Assembly: GCF_006345805.1 (NCBI RefSeq)
Contig: NC_043006.1
Location: 33,666,001 to 33,730,000 of the forward strand
Origin: Octopus sinensis
Lineage: Eukaryota
Reading direction: 5' to 3'
Length of the DNA stretch: 64,000 nt
The translations under genes were made by a program, and so were the position numbers. The notes below the pieces were generated by a model that was not told the origin of the DNA, ran no database searches, and worked only from the letters and a program-made list of their open reading frames with translations. Below are positions 1-10,410 of the stretch, one piece after another; the first letter of the stretch is position 1, and each line of letters opens with the position of its first letter.

Positions 1-455
<455 letters not shown>

Positions 456-934
456 ATAAAAAAAAAAGATAGATATATAGATACAGCAGTGATAAAAACA
501 TACAGAAAAGCTAATGAGGGAGATAATAAAGGAAAGCACACACCACACACACACACATACATACATGCACACACAGAGAACATTGTTGTTCTGCTTTATC
601 AGATGACTGTACCATCACAGCTCTAACCCTCAACTTCCCTTGTCTGATGATTGCCTGTGGTCATGAAACTCTGAGTAATGAGATGCAGAATAACACAAAC
701 TTCTGTACACAATATATTAACTGTACCCCAAATACTGAGTTGCTTTCAATTTATCCATAAGGTTGTTTACAAAGTAAGTCTCTCTTCTTATATTCCTGTG
801 TGTCTGTGTGTGAGAACAAGACCTACACACGAAGAATAAAATACTAAGATATTTCTACTTGTAGGCTGTGCTATATTCTTTGTTTGGTGATCAGTTGTCA
901 AAAAGTCCAGTTGGAACTGAAACAGAATCGACTC

Positions 935-1209
935 TACAGTTCTATATTTAAGAGATAAGGAATTATGTACGTTATTTACTTTTTGATGGATATTTGTCTT
1001 CATCTTGTTTGTTGTTAACACAACATTTCGGCTGATATACCCTCCAGCCTTCTTCAGGTGTCTTGAGGAAATTTCGAACCTGGATTCTCATTCCTAAGAT
1101 ATTTTTCAATGTTATTATTATTATTATAATTATTATTCAGGTCACTGATTGGAATCGAACTCGGAACCTTGTGGTTAGTAGCCCACACTTTTAACCACTA
1201 CGCCATATG
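935..1209 (-). mobile_element. tRNA-headed short element containing a minimal hammerhead ribozyme (candidate ribozyme-SINE/retrozyme)
   Basis: On the minus strand: A box TGGCGTAGTGG (1195-1205), anticodon-like arm, B box GAGTTCGATTCC (1151-1162), (AAT)n linker, hammerhead at 1017-1062, then a 3' body also found at 37398-37519. Confidence 0.7.
1017..1062 (-). ncRNA. Minimal type-I hammerhead ribozyme motif
   Basis: GACAC-CUGAAGA-A-GGCUG(GAGGGUAUAU)CAGCC-GAAA-UGUU-GUGUU: core boxes, 5-bp stem II, 5-bp stem I (GACAC/GUGUU) and a vestigial stem III. Confidence 0.7.
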
Positions 1210-1346
1210 AGGATAAGTATCTGTCAAGCATAAAAAATAATGTAGAATCGACTCGGTTGATTAGTCACTGATGCTTTAACTAACGAAGGTTTACATAATG
1301 GATGCATTTCCTGTTAGATATTATACAAACCTGGAATGTGTTAAAT

Positions 1347-1604
1347 CAGTGGTTCCCAAACTTTTTCAGGCTGCCGCCCCCTTGACACCTGGGCCACATT
1401 CCTAGCGCCTCCATCCCAACTAATCATCACAAACATAGACCTCTTTTTGAAGCAAATTCAAAGCAACTGTATTTTTTCACAAATAAAACTTAACCTCATA
1501 AACTCATTATTTTGTTGTTTTTACATGAATCGCAACCCCATTATTTCCCCACTTTTCTTCAATGCCCCCAGGGGAAGCAATACCGCCCACTTTAGAAACC
1601 ACTG
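1347..1604. mobile_element. hAT (Charlie-like) MITE
   Basis: TIRs cagtggttcccaaa / tttagaaaccactg. 8-bp TSD tgttaaat / tgtttaat (7/8). Confidence 0.8.
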
Positions 1605-1724
1605 TGTTTAATGATTTCAAACTATCACTGTTTGATTTGACTTCATTATTACAACTACGTGTGTGTGTATGTATGTATGTATGTTATATACATACATACA
1701 TACATACACACACATACACGTTAT

Positions 1725-1851
1725 TGGTGTTAGGAAGGACATCTAGCCATACAAACCATGCCAAAACTGACATTGGAGCCTGACAAGTTTCTGCGACACG
1801 TTGGACCCTGTTACACCGCCCAGCCCATGACAGCATGGAAAACGTATGTTT
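1725..1851 (+). mobile_element. SINE family C 3' fragment, interrupted by a hAT MITE
   Basis: ttggtgttaggaaggacatctagcc ... cccatgacagcatggaaaacgtatgtt matches the family C tail. Confidence 0.7.
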
Positions 1852-2151
1852 CAGCAGTTCCCAAACTTTTTCGGGTTGCCACCCTACTTGGCACCCAGGC
1901 CACATTCCTAGCGTCCCCCTCCCCAATACAAGTATATACCAATCTCTGTAGCAAATTCAAAACACCTGTATTTCACAAATAGAACTTAAGCCTAATTAAA
2001 CTATTAATATTTTCTTAATATATCTATCACCCCATTTTGGCCACCCCATTATCATCCCACCTGCCTTCAACAATACCCTCCCGATCTTTCTACCGCCCCG
2101 CCCCCGGGTGGGGTGGGGTGGGGGCAATGCCGCCCACTTTGGGAACCACTG
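1852..2151. mobile_element. hAT (Charlie-like) MITE, same family as 1347-1604
   Basis: TIRs cagcagttcccaaa / tttgggaaccactg. Shares internal ggccacattcctagcg and ccgcccacttt. Confidence 0.8.
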
Positions 2152-2627
2152 TGTTAAGTAATGATAATTATGGTATATTATCTTACACACCTGTACATGC
2201 GTGCACACACACATACATGAACTCATAGAAGCCTAAACATTGGTTTATCAAGCAGTCTTGCGGATTTCTGCTTTGGAAAGCATTTTTGATACATTTTGGA
2301 AAACGATACGATAGTTCTGAATGCAGATGTCACTGTTCTGGCTTATGCACTTTACAATGTAATTCTGTAGTTACATGCAGATGACCAGAATTCATATAAA
2401 GTTTCACTGAATTTCGATACTTTGTGACTTGAGTTTTGCAAATATCATTCACCCAGAACTAAAAATAATCTTTAAAAAACAAATCAAAACAACAAAAAAA
2501 AAAACACAAGTCAACCTCCATCTAATTCTGGTTGATGTTTGTAATTTTACATTTTACCAAGTCAGCCAGTTTGCAGAAACACACCATGTCCCGATCTCTG
2601 TCTGTCTCTCTTTCTTTCTTTCTTTCG

Positions 2628-2665
<38 letters not shown>

Positions 2666-2674
2666 AGAGGAGAG

Positions 2675-3078
2675 GGATCTTTTCGGTTTGAACGGCAGTT
2701 TTTCTAGCGGTGTCATATGAAATTGTCACCCATAATTATGACCTAGTATCGATCTATTGCATTTCAATCTGTTTTAGGGTTAGGGGTGGGGGAAGGGTAT
2801 CTTTTTTTCTTCACAACTGTAAATGAACCCAATCTGTTTCTTAAACGAGGGACATATTCATATGGCACAGAATGTTTTCACCTCAATAGACGTCATTGAT
2901 TGGTTGAAATTGCAGAAATTGAAGAAAAAAACAACAAATATCTTACAAACTATAGAATTTTCTCAATAAAGCAAAGAGAAAAAAGATGTCTTATAAACAC
3001 ATTCTACCAGTATACGAAGTTTAAAAGTGTTTAGTTACGTGGAAATTATTTTAAAAAACTGCCGTTCAAACCGAGATG
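2675..3078. mobile_element. MITE with 21-bp perfect terminal inverted repeat, superfamily unassigned
   Basis: tcggtttgaacggcagttttt at 2683 is the reverse complement of aaaaactgccgttcaaaccga ending at 3074. Confidence 0.75.
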
Positions 3079-3299
3079 GCAAACGTTAAAGAATGCTGAA
3101 AATGAAAGAATAGGAGAGTGAGAGAGAGAGAGAAAGAAAGAAAGAAATTGTTGAAGCAGAGAGGGTGAATGGAAGGGAAGAGTGGGTGGAGGTGGAGAAG
3201 GAAGTGAAAGTTGTAAAAGTAGACAACGTAGAGAAGATATATAATATTACGTACAGGTGGTAGAGGCGAAAGTGTGTGTGGAGGGTATAGATATATATG

Positions 3300-3339
3300 T
3301 AGAGAGACTTACTGATAGATTTAGATAGATAGATAGATT

Positions 3340-3398
<59 letters not shown>

Positions 3399-3520
3399 GT
3401 AGGTAGATAGATAGATAGATAGATAGATAGGTAGGTAGATAGATAGATAGGTAGGTAGATAGACGGACAGATAGATAGATAGATAGACAGACAGACGGAC
3501 AGAAAGATAGATAGATAGAT
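3300..3520. repeat. (GATA)n / (GACA)n microsatellite
   Basis: Direct inspection. Confidence 0.95.
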
Positions 3521-4793
3521 ATGTTTCCTTATTAGCCACACAGACGGGGCAGATTACAAAGTAGAGCTTTTCTTTTTTTGGGGAAAAAAAAGTGGGGTAG
3601 GTTTTCGATCAAAAGGGAAAGAAAAAAAAGAAAGAAAAAGGAAAAGAAACAAAATAGATAGATAGATAGATAGACAAATAGAAATAACTTTCTTTATTGG
3701 CCACACAAGGCTGAACACAGAGGGGACAAAGACAAGCGGAAAGATAGATCGATGGACAGAGACAGACAGACAGGCATACAGATAGACAGACAGACAGACA
3801 ATAGAGGTGGAGGAGAAATGATGATCGTCTGCCAAGATTAGCAATGATGAAATAACTGAAATCATTCTCCTCTCGTTGATGATTCTCTCGTCAATCCATC
3901 TTCTACAGACAGTTGTAACATAAAGTGGCCGATATAACAAAGTTTCTTTCTGCAATTTGTTTTTTTCTTTTATTCAAAAACAAGGTCATTAAACGGTGTC
4001 GTACAATTTGTAATGAGCGTATATGAGATTTGTGCTTGTGCCTCTAACATTTTGTTACGCGTATGTGTATGTGTGTGTGCGCGCGTATGTCTTATGTCTG
4101 CGAGGTGTGTGTGTGTGTGTGTGTGTGTGTACTAACGTCTTGTAGCTCGTGTTAGTATACGTAGCTGGTTACCCCATACAGTTTTTTTCTTATATCAGTA
4201 TACTTGTTCTTGGTGGTATGAAGGTTTCCGAGTGTGTGTGGGCTTTATTTGTTATGTGGAAGAAAATTTTATGTCTGTGTTGGGGGAGAGATGGCATGTT
4301 ACACACACACACACACACACACACACGTACAAACATTCATACATCCATGCATACGCACACATACTGACACATGCATAGAAACACGCACATTCATACATAT
4401 ACAAACACATTATTGTGTATAAACACTTGTATATCTATACACACACATAAACAAACATGTATGTATGTATGTCAGTCATTTTTATTTCAAGATTTCTTGT
4501 TAGTAGAGAAAGAGCCGGTTTCTGACCTAGATCCAAGGTTCCTTCCTTGGCATTTCAACATCAACAACGGGGTATTTTTGTTTGTTAGTTTGTATGTATG
4601 TATGTATGTATGTATGTATGTATGTATGTATGTGTGTGTGTGCAGATTTGTGTGCTTTATTTTATGTAGGTCTTCTCATGCAGATACATGTACTAGCATA
4701 TCTAGACATATAAACTTAAAATGATAAACTTCTGGGAAGTTTACAGATTTTTACAGTTCCAGGGATGGCTTGAATATATCGTCTTCGAATCAA

Positions 4794-5176
4794 TCTCTCT
4801 TTATATAAACGGCAGTTTGTCTGTGTGTGTTTCTGTGTGTCTGTTTGCTTGTACCCTCACCCTGACCACGGCTTTCAACCGATTCTGATGAAACTTGACA
4901 CACACATAGCCCAATGTCATAATTCAAAACTAACGCAGCGAAAATTTTGAAAAGTTCACCCAGTTCTGAAAAAAATCGATAAATTCGACATGGGGTCGAG
5001 AATCAGAAACACAAACCGCAAACTGTCTAGGGGACGCAACTCCACCTTTTTTTTACTCAAAAAAAATTTACCATCATTTTTTTCCATTTTTTTGCTATTT
5101 TGTGGCTATAACTCTCTAAAAATGCTTTATAGTTATTTCCCTTACAAACCTGAGCAACGCCGGGCGATACTGCTAG
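4794..5176 (+). mobile_element. Non-autonomous Helitron
   Basis: 5' TC start after A. 3' hairpin cctgagcaacgccggg then CTAG followed by T. 3' ~110 bp shared with 8164-9336 and 43502-44137. Confidence 0.8.
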
Positions 5177-5224
5177 TATCCTATATGTGTGTGTTTGTGT
5201 GTGTGCGTGCATACATGTATGTAT

Positions 5225-5345
5225 AGGTCTATCATACGTCCAGGTTTGAAGGCCCTGTCCCGTGTGTCCAGCCCGGTTAGCAAATATACCGTTTGATATT
5301 GAAACATCCCAAAATGTCCCAGTTAGAGATGAAAAACTTGGATTC
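5225..5345 (+). mobile_element. Possible hAT (Blackjack-like) terminal fragment
   Basis: taggtctatcatacgtccaggttt plus repeated tgtccc subterminal motifs resemble TAGGGTGACCATACGTCC-type ends. No second end found. Confidence 0.35.
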
Positions 5346-5773
5346 TAAGAAAAAAAATACTCAAAATGTTGAAATCTATAAGAAGTTCTAACTCTGCCAT
5401 GTACAACTCGAATACAAACTAACAAACATATTGATGTGCATAGCTCAGTCTAAATCTAGCGTTGTGGGTCTTTACCAATGGTCTAGCGACTGCGTGATAT
5501 ACCTACATCGTAATAGCTCTGTCAAGTTAAAGACATTTTTCTTATCTTGGGATTCCGAGATTAAAAACACTTAATCTCAGGATCCAGAATATGTTTTAAA
5601 ATTAGAAGTTTATAGTTTTCTTCCCATCCCATTTCATATAGATTTTAATTTCCTATTATAAAAATAGATACATAAGCTCTAAATACTAAGGAAAATCAGA
5701 TTTCCATCACATAACAAAAATTAGGCTATATAAAAGTTTGTCATCCAAAAAAGCCTTATACCAATAATACCTA

Positions 5774-5914
5774 CCGTGGCATAGCCTGATTGTGTGCTGC
5801 CCAGGGCATTCTTTAAGTTTGTCAACCCTGTAGCAAACCCCCAAAATGCCGGCTCCATAAAGTCATCGTCCGGAGTGGACTGTCCCCTGGCTCACCCCAC
5901 TAGCTATGCTACGG
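5774..5914. mobile_element. Short MITE with 12-bp TIR and perfect 10-bp TSD
   Basis: TIR ccgtggcatagc / gctatgctacgg (11/12). Flanked by ataataccta at 5764-5773 and 5915-5924. Confidence 0.8.
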
Positions 5915-6660
5915 ATAATACCTATAATTTGGAGGTTGTTTCAGTCTGGTCTATGAAATTCTGTATCGAAGACCATATTTTACAAAACGTGTTCATATTT
6001 AAGGGTGTGATTTGCGGTATGTTTGGTTGCCATTTCTAGTATACTAAGGGAGCGCACATAAACGCTTAAATTGGCTCATACTCATTCGTTTTTAACATTA
6101 TAAGCAAACAGAATAATTAGACTCACAAACGAGTCACATTCTTCAGTGCTCACTCAATTTCTTCATTCACTTGGTGTCGCAAACAACCATCTCTTTTCTC
6201 CAGCTGTCCTCTTAATACTGATACACCACTGCCTCCCCCTCTGTCGCTTAAACACACCCATTCCTCTTTCTCCCCAGTTTCACTGTTCAGATGTCATTGA
6301 CCTCCGACTTTTCATGTCTCACTCGTCCACACGCCACCTACCTCGTTCGCCTACTTTTTTTCCTACATTCTTAATCTTTCTATCATTGTTTTCTTTTCAT
6401 GCTTCGCCTTCGGTTTGTCTCAGCTAAACCTATTTAGATTCCTTCACCATCTCACACCATACCACGTCTGTTTATCATTATTATTTATCTTCTACTTTCA
6501 TTATCGTTATTTCTCTCTTTATGCCTCCTCTTCTATCAATTTGACTGCTTTTCTCTCTGTATATCTTCCACTATATCTAAATTTATTCTCTCAGGGCATA
6601 GCTTTCGGCTTTATTTTCTTTATTAATAAGATCTAGCAAACATTGAAAAGGATACGTAGA

Positions 6661-7060
6661 AGGCGCAGGTGTAGCTGCATGATCGGAAGTTTGCTTCCCA
6701 ACCACATGGTTCCGGTTTCAGTCCCACTGCGTGACACCTTGGACACATGCCTTTTACTATAGTCTCGGGCCAACCAAACCCTTGTGAGTGTATTTGGTAG
6801 ATGGAAACTGAAAGCAGACCATTACACACATACACACACATGAGTGTATGAGTATGTGTGTCTTTGTGTCTGTGTCCCCCCTCCCCCACCATTTGACAAC
6901 CGGTGACGGTGTGTTTACGTCCTCTAACTTAGCAGTTCGGCAAAAAAAAAACCCAATAGAATAGGTACCAGGTTTTACAAAAACATAAAAACAGATCGAT
7001 TTATTCCACTAAATTTTTTCAAGGTGGTGCCCCAGATAACATGCAAAAGATAAAAGATAC
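6661..7060 (+). mobile_element. SINE family A, near full length
   Basis: tRNA-like head (ggcgcaggtgtagctgc ... ggttccggtttcagtcccactgc), ccttggacac core, internal CA/TG repeat, family tail. Confidence 0.85.
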
Positions 7061-7069
7061 TTGCGCACA

Positions 7070-7325
7070 CATGTATGTATGTATGTATGTATGTATGTAT
7101 GTATGTATGATGTATGTATGTATGTATGTATGTATGTAGTGTGTGTATGTGTATGTATGTGTGTGTGTATGTGTATGTGCGTATGTGTATGTACATATGT
7201 ATGTGTATGTATGTATGTATGTATATGTATGTGTGTATGAATATATGTATGTATGTATGAATGTGTATGTATGTTTGTATGAATCCATGTGTGTATGTAT
7301 GTGTGTATGTATGTGTGTGTGTGTG
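7070..7325. repeat. (TATG)n/(TG)n compound microsatellite
   Basis: Direct inspection. Confidence 0.95.
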
Positions 7326-7564
7326 AAGAAGATGGGTGTGATGCATGTAAAGATATTCTTGATGGAATTTGGTGGACAACAGAAAGGAAGGAAGCAAATT
7401 CTCAAGAAAAGAGCTTTTTTTTTTGTAGATGCTTTGACAAAAGATGCTGAGTAAATATTCCAGCCAGAGGAATGCATCCCAGTTGGCTGTGTTCAACCTC
7501 TCCATCCTCACACACATCACTACATTTAGGAATAGGATTTATTTTAAATATAACACTCTTTTAT

Positions 7565-7766
7565 CTGATACTTGTTTCAGTCGTTGGACTGTGGCCAAGC
7601 TGGGGCACTGTCTTGAAGAATTTTTAGTACTTTTTTGTATTAAGCCTGGTACTGATTCTATCAGTCTCTTTTGCAGAACTGCTAAGTTACATGGATGCAT
7701 ACATGCAAACACCGGTTGTCAAGTGGTGGTAAGGAAACAAACACACAACACACACACACATATATA
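7565..7766 (-). mobile_element. SINE family A, 3' half
   Basis: tacttgtttcagtc ... gaactgctaagttac ... caaacac is the reverse complement of the family A tail. Confidence 0.8.
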
Positions 7767-7990
7767 TCATCATCATCATCATCGTTTAACGTCCACTTTC
7801 CATGCTGGCATGGGTTGGACGGTTTGACTGAGGACTGGCAAGCCCGGAGGCTGCACCAGGCTCCAATCTGTTCTGGCAACCACTCCGAGAGTGTAATGGG
7901 TGCTTTTTGCATGTCACCAGCACTGACATCAGCCACGCTCAAATGGTGCTTTTTATTTGGCACTGACATCAGCCACAACAACAGGTCTTC
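7767..7990 (-). mobile_element. SINE family C ((GAT)n-tailed)
   Basis: (cat)n-cgtttaacgtccactttccatgctggcatgggttggacggtttgactgaggactgg, found many times in this window. Confidence 0.85.
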
Positions 7991-8004
7991 TCAAGCAAAG
8001 CATA

Positions 8005-8059
<55 letters not shown>

Positions 8060-8163
8060 ATATATAAAGGGAAAGTTTATGAAAATAAACAAAAGACGAA
8101 GGCAGGTTGTGTACAAACAAACAAATGTATTAGTATAACGCTCAGGAATAGAAAATACATATA

Positions 8164-9336
8164 TCTCTTATTATAAAAGGCAGATTTTATCTGCCTCCCT
8201 TTGGGAGTTATAGAAATCTACAATATAGGATTTCTTCAATTACAATTTACCTTGCATTTTTAAGAGTACAATGCATCGCGTCATGCCAGGTCCAGTTTTT
8301 AAAATTTAAACTCCAATTAAGCAAAATTTACAGAAAACTCACATTCTGGTGTGTGTGTCAAATGCTTTTCTTAGTCTGGTTTACACCACACGCAAACGCA
8401 CACACACAGTGGGCAACGAATAAAATGAAAGTAAATGTAATATTTGTTTCTGTCTATCACGCTGATAGATACATGAGTAAAATGTATGGGAAGCTAACAG
8501 ATAACAGTGAGTGAAAATGTTCTTGGAAGAGAGTAAATTAGCGACAGTGATTTGAGGAAGACTAAACTGAAACTATGAAACAGTGTTTATGTATAAACAG
8601 ACGACACTTATATAAACCCTTTCGTTACCAAACCGCCCGAATTTACCTATTCATATTTAAATGAGAATATCAGAGTAAATCTCTTTAGTACATTCGTGAA
8701 AACACGTATTATACTTCGTAAACACTTCAAATACAGTTTTGTACAAAAATCGAAGTGTAATTTTAATTCCGTGAATTATGGGAGATTTTTTTCCGAAATT
8801 TGTTCCTATTGTGTTTTCAAAATTTGTAATTCTGACATAAAATAGATACGAATTTCATTATATCAAGCAGCGAGTCAGAATTCGAAGGATTTTCTACTGA
8901 AGACCTTCATAAATCTAACTCTATGACTGAAAAAAAAAAGCATCTTTATATAAGAGTGAAGTTGTGTGTCTGTCCCCTTCGATTTACATTCGTAATTACT
9001 CCCACATTTTGCGGTGCAGTTTAACCAAAAGCGGGTATCTTATAGTCGTGATTCATATCGAGCCCTTCTGGGTACTAGTGCGCGTCTACGATGAGTCTAC
9101 GATTTAAAAAAAATTTACCATCCTATTTTTCCATTTTAATGCATTTTTTTCGCTTTTATATAAGGGAAGTAACTCTCTAAAAATATCTACGATGTGTCAA
9201 CGATTTAAAAAAAATTTACCGTAATTTTTTTTCAATTTTTAATGCATTTTTTTTGCTATTTTTTGGCTATAACTCTCTAAAAATGCTTATATAGTTATTT
9301 CCCTTACAACCCGAGCAACGCCGGCGATACTGCTAG
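8164..9336 (+). mobile_element. Composite non-autonomous Helitron with two 5' modules
   Basis: A|TC start. 8164-8563 is nearly identical to 42163-42563. An internal second TC start at 8943 matches 43502. Ends in hairpin + CTAG|T. Confidence 0.8.
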
Positions 9337-9697
9337 TTTATATATATTCCCAAGCGTTACCCATTACAATATGTCTTGGTCTAATGGCCCTTAATCTTTG
9401 TCTTTGTTGATTGTTTCCTCTGTTCATCCACCCTGTTGTTGTTTGTTCACTCGAAGCTCTAACTCTCCAGAAATTTTATATTTAAAATATTTCCGGATGC
9501 TGCTGTTTAATGAAGTTTTCCTATATTGTTGTTGAAAACTCGAAATAGGGAATAATTAACAGTCAACAACTGACAAGGGGTTAGACTTCTTGTGGTATTT
9601 TGTTTCGTACTTGTTTCTCATTATGTGTTTACATATTTTTCATGCATTAGTGATGTCCTGTGCTTGATGTATTTTATATATATATATATATAATATA

Positions 9698-10244
9698 TGA
9701 GGGTGAGTCAAAAAGTAATGCCATTTTGTTTAGGACAGTTATAATTACCAACACAGGAACATGTATCATATATCAAAATGAAGCTGGTCCTCTGTGGATC
9801 ACATCCCTACTTCTCAACATAGTCACCGTTTCTCTCAATAGCAATGTTCCACCTTCGAATGAGAGCATGTATCCCTGCCCAATAAAATTCTGTTAACTGT
9901 TCTTTGAGCCACTTCTTCACTACAGTTTTCACTTCTTCATCACTGGACTATCATCTCTTCAGCCCCATGAAAAAGGGTTTGAGAGGCGAACAATATTCCA
10001 GTGATGAGGAAGTGAAAACTGTAGTGAAGAAGTGGCTCAAAGAACAGTCAACAGAATTTTACAGGGCAGGGATACATGCTCTTATTCGAAGGAGGAACAT
10101 TGCTATTGAGAGAAACAGTGGCTATGTTGAGAAGTAGGGATGTGATCCAGAGGACCAGCTTCATTTTGATGTATGACACATGTTCCTGTGTTGGTAATTA
10201 TACTTGTCCTAAACAAAATGGCATTACTTTTTGACTCACCCTCG
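9698..10244. mobile_element. Mariner-derived fold-back element made of two inverted 3' ends
   Basis: TA TSD. Arms 9698-9947 and 9997-10244 are reverse complements. The right part encodes a mariner transposase C-terminus (DYHLFSPMKKGLRGEQYSSDEEVK...GIHALIRR...NSGYVEK*). Confidence 0.9.
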
Positions 10245-10249
10245 TATAT

Positions 10250-10410
10250 ACATATGGCAAGCTTCTCTTAGTTTCCATCTACCAAATCTGCTCACAATGT
10301 TTTGGTTGGCCTGAGGCTTAGTAAAAAAACACTTGCCCAAGGTGCCATCCAGAGGGATTGAACCTTGACCATGTGGTTGGGCAGCAAGCTTCTTACCACA
10401 TAGCCATGCT
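10250..10410 (-). mobile_element. SINE family A, 5' half
   Basis: gtttccatctaccaaatc ... acttgcccaaggtgcc ... accatgtggttgg ... cttaccacatagcc. Confidence 0.8.

Noticed and set aside
1141-1209. Functional tRNA gene
   Set aside because: No pairing acceptor stem and a mismatched T-arm. Better explained as a SINE head. The same applies to the family A, B and F heads.
4483-4790. Possible retroelement 3' remnant, partly echoed near 31945-32010
   Set aside because: Too little coding signal to classify.
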